From NCBI RefSeq assembly GCF_036321535.1, contig NC_087437.1:18292001-18356000 (forward strand): a DNA stretch of 64,000 nt. The letters are read 5' to 3'. Positions within the stretch are counted from its first letter, which is position 1; the number at the start of each line of letters is the position of its first letter. Shown piece by piece: positions 25,201 through 38,060 of this stretch. The translations under genes and the position numbers were made by a program. Under the pieces are notes generated by a model. It did no database searches. It was not told where the DNA came from and saw only the letters and a list, made by a program, of their open reading frames with translations. This stretch comes from Camelus dromedarius. Lineage: Eukaryota.

Positions 25201-25844
25201 TCATGGAGATTCTACAACAAAATTTTAATATATCAATTTGAATTTTCTTCTTTGGTGACCATAGGAAACAATAACTTAATACCATAACATTCAAAATCTA
25301 GTGGTCAAAGAAGGACATAAAGATAATGAATAGGGATGAAGAAGTGCATTTTGCTCAGCTCTTACCTCTATTCCCAACCCACACCCCATCTCCAGAGGCC
25401 GTACCAGTAAGTTAATAAACTTGAGAATTCTCACTGACTTTATCAAATCCAGAGAGAACAAAACTAAAATAGATAGCTTCAACTCCTTCCTATTCTGAAT
25501 GAGAAGAGACACGAAGGTGGTTGGAGAAAAGTGAATTGAGTGAACAATGAAGATAATTCTTTTTGCAAATGTGAGGGACTCTTTACTGCTTAGGCAATCC
25601 CTCTCAAACTGTGTATGTGTGGTCTGGGAAAACAAACAGGTCTCAGATCTGGTGGGAAGGAAATTCCCTGATTCTGTCAGTGCAAAGACAGTATCTAGAT
25701 AGAAGCAGCCAACAATGAGCAAGATGAAAAAAGCACATGTGAACTATGGAAACATGCAAAACAGAGCATAATCCAGCTAAGCTGGTGTTAATTAAAACTT
25801 CTTAGGTACAACCAGATCTTTCTCCTTGAAATCAAGTCTTCTTA

Positions 25845-25983
25845 GGGGGAGGGTATAGCTGAAGTGGTATAGTGAATGCTTAGCATGCATACGGTCCTGG
25901 GTTCAATCCCCAGTACCTCCTCTAAAAATAAATAAATAAATAAACCTAATGACCACCCCCCACCCCCCAAAAAAGAAAAACCT
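25845..25983 (+). mobile_element. tRNA-derived SINE (Vic-1-like)
   Basis: A and B boxes, (TAAA)n tail; perfect 14-bp TSD AAATCAAGTCTTCT at 25829-25842 and 25984-25997. Confidence 0.92.
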
Positions 25984-26744
25984 AAATCAAGTCTTCTCAT
26001 TGAAGTGGTTGATTCCAGGGCAGAGAAAATACAAAATGAGCCTGAATCATCTTACGCCAGAAGGCAAGGAAGTGCTCAAAGAATCTGGGACATCAAAAGT
26101 ATATTGAGTGGAGGTTTTTCCACCTGCTAAATCTGAAACAATTTCAGGGTCAAAATACATAATATCAGTATTAGCCCACTGAATAAAGTAAGAATCTATT
26201 ATTCCATTCTGACGTAAATCAATCAATTAATCAATAGAGCTCTTATTTACACAAGAACGCTGATTGGTAAGTATAGAAAGAAAGTTGAAGTTAGAAATCA
26301 CCATTTTACTGCCATCATAATCATCACCACCATCATCATCATTGTTCAAGCAAGACTTGTCAATGAATGCTAAGATAACTGGGTAAAACTTTGAAGAGTA
26401 ATAGGATACTTACCTAGTGTCAATGTATCCATTATTTGAGACTGCTTATATGATCTCAAAGTATCTTTCCAACAGATTCTTATTTTAACAAAGAGGAAAA
26501 TAGGGATTTTACACCAGAGAAACCCAGTAGACACCACTTAACAAAATGATTAAAGTTAATCTCACTAGGAGTGGACAAATCCACCTCATGTGCCCCCTGA
26601 TATGACATACATTACTTCTATGGTATGCCTGCCAAAAGTGGGTAACTTGACTCTAATCTTGAGAAACAGCAGACAAACTGAAATTGAGAAAGATTTTTTT
26701 TAAAATAACTTGCCTGTCTTTTAAAAAATATATATTATGGTCAA

Positions 26745-26860
26745 GGGGTGGGTTATAGCTTAGTGGTAGAGCATATGCTTAGCATGCACGAGGTCCTGGG
26801 TTCAATCCCCAGTACTTCCATTAAAAATAATAATAAAATAAAATAAAGTAAACCCCCAAA
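26745..26860 (+). mobile_element. tRNA-derived SINE (Vic-1-like)
   Basis: TATAGCTTAGTGGTAGAGC...GGTTCAATCCC; TSD ATTATGGTCA/ATGATGGTCA. Confidence 0.9.
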
Positions 26861-27904
26861 ATGATGGTCATGAAACACAAGGACAGACTGAGAAAGATTA
26901 AAAGTTAAAGGATACGCGGTTTCATGATAACTGAATGCATTGTGTTGCTATGAAAGACATTATTAGTATAATTGCAAAACCCGAATGAGATCTGTAAGTT
27001 AGATAGTATTGTATCAATATTAACTTCCTGGTCTTGATCATTTTACTGTGGCTACATAACGGAATTCTTTGTTTTTAGGAAACACACACTGACGTATTTA
27101 AGGATATATATACCTGCCCATCCATGTATTGCAGGGGCTAGAAGCTAAGAAACTTCATTTCTTAGACTCCCTTGCTCGTTGAGGTATGGATTGGGCTTTG
27201 CACATGAGAAACACTTATGTGAGGTTGGAAGGTAGAAGAAAAGTAAAAGTAAAAGCTGTTTCTTTTCTCTTCTGGCTCTAGCAATGGTGATGACAGCTCA
27301 GCAACCCAAGCTCCTTTAGCAATGATGAACTTCCCACTGTTCCTGATCACAAGTAAAATACTCCCTCCCTATTTGCATCTTTAGTCATTCTAATAATTTT
27401 GCAATCTTTTTACTTAAAGTACTTACTTCAAATGGGTTCTGTTTTCCTGTATGTTGTGCCAGCCAGGATGTCATTCATGGAAAAGGCCACAATCAGATGT
27501 TTTCAACCATGAAAGAACTCCAAGGAGACAATACACATGAGCTCCTCTTGGGAAAAAAAATGACTTGACAATGAAATCCAGCCAAATAAAAGATGAATAA
27601 AAATAAAGGACACAAGAAGAAAGAACTGTGTTGAAAAGATGGATGATTTAAAATAGAAAAAAAGTAAGGGGATAGGAAATGCTGTGGTGAGGGTAGGGTA
27701 CTTAATGTATATAGGATGATTCTGGAAGACCGTGTTGATAGAGTGACGTATTGAGGAGAAACCTTCATGAGGTAGGGGAGTGAGCCGTGGAGATATCTGG
27801 GCAATGAGTTTTCAAGTCAGTTTATAAATAAAATGTCACAAACATCAAAATAAAACATCCATCCGTGCTGTTATAAGTGAACTAGGTGGTTATGGCGCTT
27901 CCCA

Positions 27905-27920
27905 CCACCTGATGGCAGCA
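27905..27920 (+). promoter_or_regulatory. Candidate CTCF site
   Basis: CCACCTGATGGCAGCA, one mismatch to CCASYAGRKGGCRS. Confidence 0.4.
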
Positions 27921-30739
27921 CAGTCTAACCACAGGAGAACTAAGGCAAGAGTGCCTCTGTGTCGTTAAAGCTAAAGACAGGTAAGTAACACAGAGGGATG
28001 AAAGAGTTCTGCGGTGTCTCTAGCCTCTGGATTTTAAACTTGTCAGACATTTCATTGAATTTTATGATTTCATCCAATTTTTTAAAAAGAAAACAGTATC
28101 TCTTTTTATAGGTTTGATGACTTACAGATTCCATTCCTGTTACTGTAAATGGTAAAGATTGGATTTACTTTGCCTAACTTATCTTCATGTCTCCACTTTC
28201 AAACTCATTTGTATAACGTGGTCCCCACTGCTTGGGATGAGGGTAAGAGTGTCTTTTTGTTACTCAGGTAATCCAGGAGATGGCAAGCCATCTGGAGATC
28301 TGCTGATTTTATAGTGTCAATTTTCCTATAAGTAATTGGGGCTCTTGTCCTAGTATTGATTTGGCAAGATCTGCTAGTATTTCCACAGCTACATGCAGAG
28401 AAAGAGTGTCTTAATTGTTCCATTAGACAAATATTTATGGACAAAGCAGGCTTGGAGGAGCACACACAGCTTTGCCTCGGCTGTTCCTGTTGACACTTCA
28501 GGTCAAAAAGCTTGGATACCACCTCCACTAGAAGGACTTCCTATGACTTTAGTCCTGGTGATGTTCCCTCATAGATGCTCCCTTAGCCCCATACCCTTTC
28601 ATTTATCATCCTACATTCTTGTTCTCTTGTCTCTCTTCACCTTTTTTTGAAAGCTCTGTGATAACAGGGAATCTATCTATCTTGCTAATTGTATTACTAT
28701 CCCTGGCCACAGTGCTTGGCACATAGTATGTACCTTGCATATATATTTTGTTGAATGAATTAATTTCCAGGAGCCTTGGTACTCTTTTTATTATTATTCT
28801 CTAAATGAGTTCCTTTCTCATTTTTTCCCTTTCTCATTTTTAAAGAAAAAACAATTGCTTAATCCACAGTGACTCGGTCTTTTTATACTTCAATTCTTCA
28901 CTTTGTGTTTCCTGAGAACAAAGGCATTCTCTTAATAGCCACAGTACAATGATCAAAATCAGCACATTAACAATGATACCTCATCTACAGACTTTATTCA
29001 CATTTTGCCAGCTTTTCCCTTGATGTTCTTTGTAGCAAGAGGGGAAATTTGTTTTTTCCTTGTCCAGGATTCAATTCTAGATTATAAATTGCATTTAGTT
29101 GTCATGTCCCTTTAGTTTGCTTTAATCTAGAGCAATTCCTCACTTTCTTTGTCTTTCATGCCACTTTTGAAGGGCGTAGGTGTGTTCTTTTGTCATATGT
29201 CCCTCAAGTACAGTTTGTCTGATGTTTCCTCATGATTACACCATGCTTTTTTGGCAGGAATACCACAGAAGTGATGCTGTGTTCTTCTCAGTGTATCATA
29301 GCATGGTGTCTATTTATTCCATTAGTGGTGATATGAATGATAATCACTTGAATAAAGTGGTGTCTATCAAGTTTCTCTACTAACACTAGTAATGTAGGGA
29401 GGTACTATTTCTCATCAGATTTCCACCAATTAGTTTTAGCATGCATTGATGGTTCTTGCCTCAAATAATTATAATGCATATGGTCGTCAAGGGGTGGTTT
29501 TCAAATTCCATCATTTCTTCTATAGTTGTAAGCTGGAATTCGACCACAGCAGTAATTCAGTTATAAAAAGAGTATTTTCTTTTCTTTTTTCACTGTAGTT
29601 ACTAAATAAAAGACTTTTTCAACATCTTACTAATTCTGCTTTATGCATATACGTATTTTACACACTCCAAGCATGAATTACTGATGCACTATTTCCCATT
29701 GTAAAGCCCTCGTAGATTTTTTTAATTGGCTGGTCACTTAGGTGTGCGCTCAGTAGTCCCATGTAGGAGAGTCCTGTTGGGTCCCAGAGGACTATGTGTG
29801 AGAGCTCTGGGCAGGACTCTGAAACAGAGAAGCCTGTGTCAAATTGATTCAGCCTCTTACTCCCTGAGCAACTGTAAGCAAATTATTGAATCTCTCAGAG
29901 TCTCACTCGTATTCCCGTCTGTTTGAAGGCAGGAACCACACCTTATTCCACTTTGAATCCCTAGTACAATGTGTGCACAAGTAAACCCAGTTAGCATCTA
30001 TCCAACTGACCTATATCCCTTCTACACCAATATTAGTCCATTTTCTATTTTTGATTTATGTAAAGAATCTCCTCTGTTTTGAAAGCTTTTAAAGGTTCCT
30101 CTAAATTCCTTTTGGGACCATTCAGTTTGGGGTTTGAATCTTTCTACACCTTAAGCTTTCCTTTTTTACATAGGTATGTTTCTTACTTTCAAAAATATGA
30201 CTTTATTTCTCTTCCCTGGGAGTTCCATTTAGATATTTATCAATACTTGGCAGATTTCTTTCTTGCTCCTTACTTTTAATTGTTTATTCCTACTTTTTCT
30301 TTATCAAATTCACACTTTGTTGTCATTGTTTTGTTTTTTTTTTTCCAGAAATTAATACTTCTCTGAGATAGGGCAGGATGGGGAGAAATTTCATTCCTGT
30401 TTGCATGGGAGTCCATGGGGCTATTTCTCTCTCTCTACCACAGTGCCAAAGTTAACTGTTTTGTTGTTGCTGACTTATAGAGGCTGAATCAAAAATTTTC
30501 ATTACCCTTCAACTTCTACTCATTATTTAGGTTTGAAGGGTGTATCTAGGGTTATTTAGGAGCAGAATTTGGAACAGACGTGAGATTTCTGACCCCTCAG
30601 CTTAGGGGATTGCCAATCAACGCTTCCTTCCTGTAAAATCACTTTACAGAGGTATTGATTGCCCTGAGTCACAGTCCCTAGCCCCTCCTCACTCTGATTT
30701 CAGCTACAGCAATAATGATGATTCTGCTGCAAGTTCAGA

Positions 30740-31117
30740 TGCATGCTGCCTGTATCCTACCCCAAAAGTGAGCCTGCAGAGTCTGCTTTTCTGCATCAGG
30801 TTAAGGAAGCCCTCTCTGTTCTATGCGCAAGTATGATCTAGGAGGCTGGGGAATTAACCGCCCCAGAGAAACCCTCAACCAATATAGGACGGTAGTGGTG
30901 GATAAATGCTCCAACCTCAAGATGGATATCCAGGGGGTCATGTTTCTCAGAGGTCCTCAAGGAATAAGCAGTGACTTCAATAATGGACCATTATATTGAC
31001 TTTTTCTTCTTTCCTTTCTCACTCTTCTGGGTCCATCAATTTTGTTCCATCGAAACATTTCCCAAATAAATTACCTGCACCCAGATTATTCTCCCAGGAT
31101 CTGCCCAAACTAAGCCA
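30740..31117 (+). mobile_element. ERVL LTR16-like remnant
   Basis: GGGGAATTAACCGCCCC...CCCTCAACCAAT...GGATAAATGCTCCAACCTC...CCCAAATAAATTACCTGCACCC...CCCAAACTAAG (from memory of LTR16). Confidence 0.65.
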
Positions 31118-32269
31118 AAACTTCATTCACCAAACACTTACTAAGTGACTATTCTATGCTAGGCAGTGAAATAAAAGACCTAAAAGCTAAAATTCCTAGT
31201 GCCGGCTCTGAAGTGTATAATGGGAAGACAAACGAGTGAAACATTACCCCCAAAGTTACACTTTATTGTTGGAGATGCTATGTTAGTGGCAAGAACAGAA
31301 TGATGCATGAAGACATGGGGGAGAGGTCACCTAACCTATACTTAAGGGAGGGCCTTTCTGGAGAATGTATTGCTTGAGCTAATTAATGAAGTGTAGATCA
31401 AATATAGTTCTAAAACTCTATATCATACAAATGTCAACTGAAAATTTAGTTGATATCTCTATGTGCTCTGTATAAGGGTTATGCTCTGCTTTGTTGTGGT
31501 GTGTGGTACATGACATGATTCTAAGTCATACATGGATGGACATTTAAACTTTTTTGTAGTTACGTTAATGTGTACTAGAATAAAAGTAGGGAGTACAATA
31601 CACTTGATTTTTTTCAGAGTGTTATGGTTTAGGATGAAGCTAAAATTATTTCATCAGTTGAAACTGGCTTTAAAGAAAAGTACCTGGGTGCAGACTGGCA
31701 AAGACTGTGGGAGGTATGCAGATTACTGAAATAGTGTTGCAACAGAAGGAAAATCTACAATGAAATTCCTGCTTTCCAGAAAGTCAACAGTTTGTAAGGG
31801 AACACAGGCCCATAAGCAAGGATGATTAGTACTACAGTAAATTTAGAAACCAAGTCACAGGAGGAAGATAGGAAAGCACTGAGGAACGAAGTGAAGGAGA
31901 GGCTAGAGCTATGACATCAGTTGGAAGACTATTGCTCTAGTCCAGGGAAGAGGTAACACCAGCCTGAATTAGGGAGTGGATACAGCAATGGGAGTAAGGC
32001 AAGTAATTTAACAGGTTCATTGCAATCATCCTGTGAAAACCCTACTGGTTTCCAGCAGTATGAAGTTGAAACCTGTCCAGGGCAGTTTCGTCCATATCCA
32101 TAAACACACAAATGGAGAGGAAGAGGTGAATTCATCAATCAAAAAATAGAATTAGCAGCATTTTTATTTGGCTTCAGTTATCAGAGTGTTTTAGTGGGAA
32201 TTATTCAGATATTCGCCCCCCCCCCTTTTTTTTTCCTACTTAACTCAGAGGCTGGAGAAATGCTAACAC

Positions 32270-32465
32270 ATACACAACGCTTCGTACGTTCCAGGCATGT
32301 TGTAAGGGCTTTACATTCTTCATCTTCATAACCCCTTATTTTACACAAGAGGAAACTGAAGCATAGGAGGTTAAGTAACTTGCCGAGGTAATGCAGTTCT
32401 GTGAAGTAGCAAGGATTACACCCAGGCATTCTGGCTCTAGAGTATCTATTCTTAACACTACACTA
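32270..32465 (-). mobile_element. MIR SINE
   Basis: MIR core ATTTTACACAAGAGGAAACTGAAGCATAGGAGGTTAAGTAACTTGCCGAGGT. Confidence 0.85.
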
Positions 32466-32679
32466 GAATAAAAGGGTCTGGCAGATAATGCCGAAACAGG
32501 TCACACTTCAGCGTTGGATCGTGAAACTCTCTTACTGGTGACAGAAGACCTAGTTCTGAGATAACAGTTTCTCCAACTGAAAAATGGAGATAATAACGAC
32601 GCTGGGAGTTTGGTGCAAAGGAGATAATGAAGGTAAACGTGAACTTCAAATTATGTAGGTGACTCCACACACCAGTTTT

Positions 32680-33640
32680 TCGGAATAACGAATCAATCCG
32701 TGAAGCTAGTAGCGATACCCCGCCCCCGAATCCCCGCCCCCCCGCGAGCCGCAGGTTGGGCGGCAGATCTGCTTTGCGCATGCGGAAACTGCTGCCCGCT
32801 CCCACCTCTCACCCTGGCTGAGAGTAGCTGCCGTTTCTGAGAGGACGATTCGTAAGGAGGGCCCTGGCGCGGTTTCCCTTTGCTCTCCCCTCTGCGGGCC
32901 TTGGCCGGACTTCAGCGGTGTCTAGAGCGTGACCCCTTCCCGTCTACCTGCCTGACTTTCTGCAGAGGTACCTGTGGTTGGCCTAGTAGTTGGCTGTCGA
33001 AAGTGCCGGCCCCCGCGCCGGCGCCGGCTGCAGCCGGGTGGGAAGGTTCAAGATGGCGTGCCTGTTGGAGACCCCAATCCGCATGAGCGTCCTCTCGGTG
33101 AGTGACCCGCCGCAGCTGCTCGCCCGGGAGCTGGGGCCCAGCCAGCAGCGTTCACCACCAACGCAGCGTGCCTCCTGGGCACCACCCCTTGCGGTGGCCT
33201 CTGGCTCAGCTGTGGGCCGGGAAGTCAGGGAGGGTAGGCGGGCGGGACAGACGGGACCCCGGCCGAGCCAGAGACGTTTCCAACTCCGGGAGCGCTCGCC
33301 GGTGCCGGTTCTCGGGACGGCGTCCGGCGGGCGGGGTGGTAGGGCATACGGGCAGCTGGCCCGGCGGCGCGGCTTGGGCTTTGCCAGGCGTTTCACCGAG
33401 CCTTCCTCCTTAGTGATGCCGCTTCTCGGGGCCGAGCGCTCTGCCCTGTGAGACGCCGGGCTGGGAAGGAGTGTCCACTTAGCCCCCGCGGCTTTGGCCA
33501 AAAGAGGTAGGGGTTCCTAGGCCCCCACAGTCGCCGGGCTGCCAGGCCAGGTCTGTGTGGCACCTATCGCGTCCCAGCACCCGGTCACGGGCCAGAGCTG
33601 CTTGCTTCTTGGCAACGGGGATTTCATATCAGCTGCAACG
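32680..33640 (+). promoter_or_regulatory. ARMC8: ARMC8 CpG-island promoter: GC boxes (~32718-32743), NRF1-like TGCGCATGCG (32775-32784), YY1-like CAAGATGGCG (33049-33058)
   Basis: CpG-dense region spanning exon 1; motifs read directly from the sequence. Confidence 0.85.
33053..33097 (+). CDS. ARMC8: ARMC8 exon 1 (coding part, 45 nt)
   Basis: aagATGG Kozak; MACLLETPIRMSVLS|gtgagt. Matches the ARMC8 N-terminus as I recall it, and DBR1-ARMC8 synteny. Confidence 0.95.
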
Positions 33641-36475
33641 TCTCCTAGTGTCTGTAATTATTTAAGCCCCGTTGCTCTGCTCTGGAGGTCGCAGGTTTGA
33701 GTCTAAAGGAACCGGTGCCTGACATTCCTTTTTCCTTCAAGGAGAGTCGGACGTTGAAAAGAGGGAGAGGTCTTATTTTCGTACAACTGGAAGAAGGGAA
33801 CGCACTGACACGTCAGGGAGTAATACCTAGTTTGCTTGCTTGTCTACGTTTAAAACTTAAAACATGACGTCCACCTTTCGCTATGTTACTCTTGAGAGAA
33901 CCAGGACCCGGGTGAAAGTTACTGGGAGATAACTTAGAAGGGTTTTGCAACAAATTGGGGTTGTCCAACTCTGAGAACGGTCAGTTTACCAATCGTCCTT
34001 TTGCTTTTGTTGGAAACAAGTAGGCAAAGACTGGTTGACCATCTTTTTAGACTTGTGCAAGTCAGTCAGTCTTACGTTAAGAGGGTGGTTGGCCTATAGA
34101 TGACTTGTCAGGTTCTTAGAGACTGTAACTCCAGTTGGTTCCCTTTCTCTTGCCTGACCTCCCACAAACACACTCACCTATCTGGAAACACTCAGGACAT
34201 TTGCGGTGATTCCACGGTTAGAGCATTGTGGCATGCACCACCTTGATAATTTATTTGTAGGGGAGGGGTTGTCCACAAATTTGTCCTCCTATACATTTTA
34301 GCAGTTCTTTTTCTTATTTTTAAACTGCAGCTGGGGAAAAATACTATTTACTTAAGCAATGAATTAGATTCAATTATTCCATCTCTGACTAACACCTAGG
34401 AATGTTTTCTGGGAGAGCAGGCCAATGACTTTTCCTTAATTAAGTTTTTTTTTAAGTATGCATCTTGACTATTCTCAGTTCCCTTTAATTATCTCTTTTA
34501 TCCTCCATTTCACTTGAAGCTTCTTTGCGCATTGTCAGCTTGTGTAGTGTACAATTGAAATTTTTCATTTGTTTCACTCCCTCAGTATATAATATTTCCT
34601 GCTTAACTTTACTCAAAAACTTCTTGAAGGATATTCCCTACTTCTGGTGGGCATTTGCTTTAGCCCTAGCCTCACTGAGGCCTTTTTTTTTTTTTTTTTA
34701 AGGTTTTCACAGCGCCAAAGTCTGGTCTTTCAGTTCTTCAGTTCTAGAACCTTGGGGAAAACAAAGCTTTGGATAAATGATTTAAACTGTCTAAACTCAT
34801 TGATTATAATAATTTGAAGTGAAGCCTATAGCTTTCAAAGTACTATGTAGGGCTCCAATTTTTTGCAATACAAAGTGCAAATGGAACAGGAATTAATAAT
34901 CAGAAGTTATATTGGAAATTAATGATTCCTTTAATAGGCTACTTATTGTGTAGCTGTTGTGTACAACACCTTGTAATATATATTTGGGAATGCATGGATG
35001 AGATCAGATATGCATGCCCTCAGGGAGCTCACAGTCTGAGTGACTCCATAGTTTGATAAACATAATTCAAATAAGGGGTAAATCGAATGGTTTTGAAGGA
35101 TTTGCATTCAAAGCCCATTATACCTTCTCCCCTCTGAGAGATCTCATTCGTTCTTGTAACTTTAACTGTAATCAAATCACACAACTACATTGTCAGCCTT
35201 GGCTGTTCTCCATCCAGTCTCACGTCTTCAGTTGCGTGGACATTACCCATTACTTCCAACAAAGCACATTCCTTTTTCTAAGAGAACTTAGTCATGACTT
35301 CCCACTTCTGTTAATGGTACTGGCTTTCACAGATCACCCACTGTTAAACTGCTTGAATCATCTTCCTCCTTTCACACCCCTATATTTAATCCATGCTTAA
35401 ATTCTACTGGCTCTTCATTCTTAGATTTCTCACATCTTTCTGTTCCCATGGCCACCCTTTCATTCAGACCTTATCATTTTCTGCCTGCATTACTACAGTG
35501 TCCTTGCAATTATTTTTACTGCCTCTGGTTACTTATCTCAGTTGAAGTCCATTCTCCACATAAAGTTTACTATAGAACACATTGGACACACTACTTTGCC
35601 CTTTCTACAGTGAGTTCCTGTTGCTGAAAGGCTGATGTTCATATTCAGCTTTGGATATAAGAGTCATTACCCTCTGCATAAACCTTCTGTCTCATATAAA
35701 CTGGCTTTCTCAAGTTGAAGTGATGTTGGGTTCTTCCAAACCCCAGTAACTCTTAATGTCTGCCTGCTTGTTTGCACATATGAATTATAGGATTGTATGG
35801 GTTTACTCACGTAACATATCTTCAGCTTCTGTCATTTACCAAGCATGGTGTTGGGTTTGGGAATATGGTGGTGAGCTTCATAGACTGTCTCTGCCCTTTT
35901 GGAAATTTAAACTTAATGAGGGAAATAGATATCAAATTGTCACACATTTCTTTGTGAATGGTGATTAGTGTTATGAATGAAAAATATAGGGTGCAGTATA
36001 AGCATGTAATAGGGGAACATGGTCTAATATGGAGGGCAATGAGGAGAGCTATGGAGAGTTTCCTTCAGGAATTGACATGAGCTGAGTTCAAGGATGAGTA
36101 TGAACCAACTAGAAAAATAGAAGAGCATTCCAGACAAAGGGAACTGCTTTTGCAGAGGCCCTGAGGCTTTTGATAGTTATTCTATTATGTCTTAGTAAAT
36201 TAATTCAGAGGTAAGTGCTTGACCTTTTCTTCTTAATCCCACTACTATATATAGCACTATGTCCTGCATATGCTAGGTTCTCAGTAAGTATTCAATTGAA
36301 CTATCTATTTAGAGGAGTTGGACAAAAACCTCTAGGTGCCTTTTTAGGCTGCATCATGATCACCTCCAGCCTTCTTTGGTTTGCGTTTAGCATTACAACA
36401 TCACCCTTTTCAATAAATTTATAACTTTTCCCATGTTTCCCAGACTTCTGGGTGATTTTACATTGATTGCATTTT

Positions 36476-37819
36476 TTTAACTTTTTATTTTAAGATAATT
36501 ACAGATTCACAAGAAGTTGCAAAGATAGTACAGAGAGATCCCTGTGTATACTGCACCCAGTTTCCCATTGGTCACATTTTATGTAACTATAGTGCAGTAT
36601 CAAAACCAGAAGATTGATATTGGTATAAATATGTGTACAGTTCTGTGTCATTTTATCGTGTGTATATTTGTGTAACACTACAGTCATGATCTCCCTCATG
36701 CTACTTCTTTATAGTCACACCTGCCTACTCCCCCAACCCCAATATTTCTAACCCCTGGTGACAACTAATCAACTATATCCATCTCTATAATTGTCATTTT
36801 CCATAATGTTACATTAATGGAGTCATACAGTGTGTGGCCTTTTGAGATTGGCTTTTGTTACTCAGCATAGCGCCCTGGAGAGCCAGCCAAGCTGTTGTGT
36901 GTATCGATAGTTTGTTCCTTTTTACTGCTGATTAGTATTCCATGGTATGGATGTTTAATATGAATGTTTAAAAAATAGTTTAACTGTTCACCTATTAGAA
37001 ATTTTGGTTGTTTCCAGTTTTTGGCTGTTATAACCTTACATGAACAAACATTTACAGGTTTTTGTGTGGACATAACTTTTTGTGTTTCTGAGAAAAATGC
37101 CCAGGAGTATAATTTCTAGGTTGTATGGTAAATGTATATTTAATTCTTATAGAAACTGACAAACTTTTCCAGCGTGGTGGCTGTATCATTTTACATTCCC
37201 ACCAGTCATGTGTGAGAGATCCAGTTTCTCTGCACTCTCTTTGGCATTTAGTATGTTGTTATTTTTTATTTTAGCTGTTCTGATAGATTTATAGTGATGT
37301 CATCATGGTCTTAATTTGCATTTCTATAATGATTAGTAATGATAGAAACATTTTTATTACTTATTTGTCATCCATATATTATTGAAATATGAATAAAATA
37401 TTTTAGTGAAATACTTTTTCATGTCCTTTTGCCCACTTTCTAATTGGACTTTGTTTTTTGACTGTTGAGTTTTGAAAGCTCTTTATATATTCTAGATATG
37501 AGTCCTTGGTCAAATAGGTGCTTTGCAAATATTTTCTCCTGGTCTGTAGCTTATCTTTTCATCCTCTTAAACATAGGGTAAAAAATGAACTTTGATCTCA
37601 ACTTCACACTGTATAAAAATTAATTCAAAATGGATCATAAATTTAACTTGTAAAGTATAAAATTAAACTTTTAGAATAAACAGAAAATCTGCAGAACCTT
37701 GGGCTTAATGAAGAATTCTCAGACTCAATACCAAATGCATGATGTATTTCTTAAAAGATTGGTAACTGGACTTAATCAAAATGAAAATTATGCTTTTTGA
37801 AAGACCCTGTTAAGAGGAG
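36476..37819 (-). mobile_element. L1MC-like insertion with 5' inversion (twin priming)
   Basis: Antisense 3' end at 36476-37570, then a sense ORF2 segment at ~37572-37819. The two pieces overlap at TTAAGAGGA. TSD-like flanks GATTGCATTTT/GATTACACTTT. Confidence 0.8.
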
Positions 37820-37917
37820 GATTACACTTTACTTTGGTCACTTTGTAATGATTTGAGTGAGGCAAGATAATAAAATGCCTTTGAATCATACTGTAGGCTG
37901 GCACAGAGAGCTAAGGC

Positions 37918-38060
37918 TTTTTTTTTTTAACTGTATCTTTGGGGGGCGGGTAATTAGGTTTATTTATTTAGAAAGTTATTGTAATGGAGGTTCTGGGGAT
38001 TGAACTCAGGACCTTGTGCATGCCAAGCATGTACTCTACCACTGAGCTATACCCCCCCTC
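37918..38060 (-). mobile_element. tRNA-derived SINE (Vic-1-like), antisense
   Basis: GGGGATTGAACTCAGGACC...CTCTACCACTGAGCTATACCCCC; TSD AGCTAAGGC at 37909-37917 and 38063-38071. Confidence 0.92.

Noticed and set aside
22683..33053. Shared bidirectional promoter for DBR1 and ARMC8
   Set aside because: The genes are divergent but ~10 kb apart, with two separate CpG islands and repeat-filled DNA between them.
32880..33501. Overlapping 100-170 aa ORFs on both strands at the ARMC8 5' end
   Set aside because: These are stop-poor frames typical of a CpG island. Only MACLLETPIRMSVLS, ending at a GTGAGT donor, is supported.
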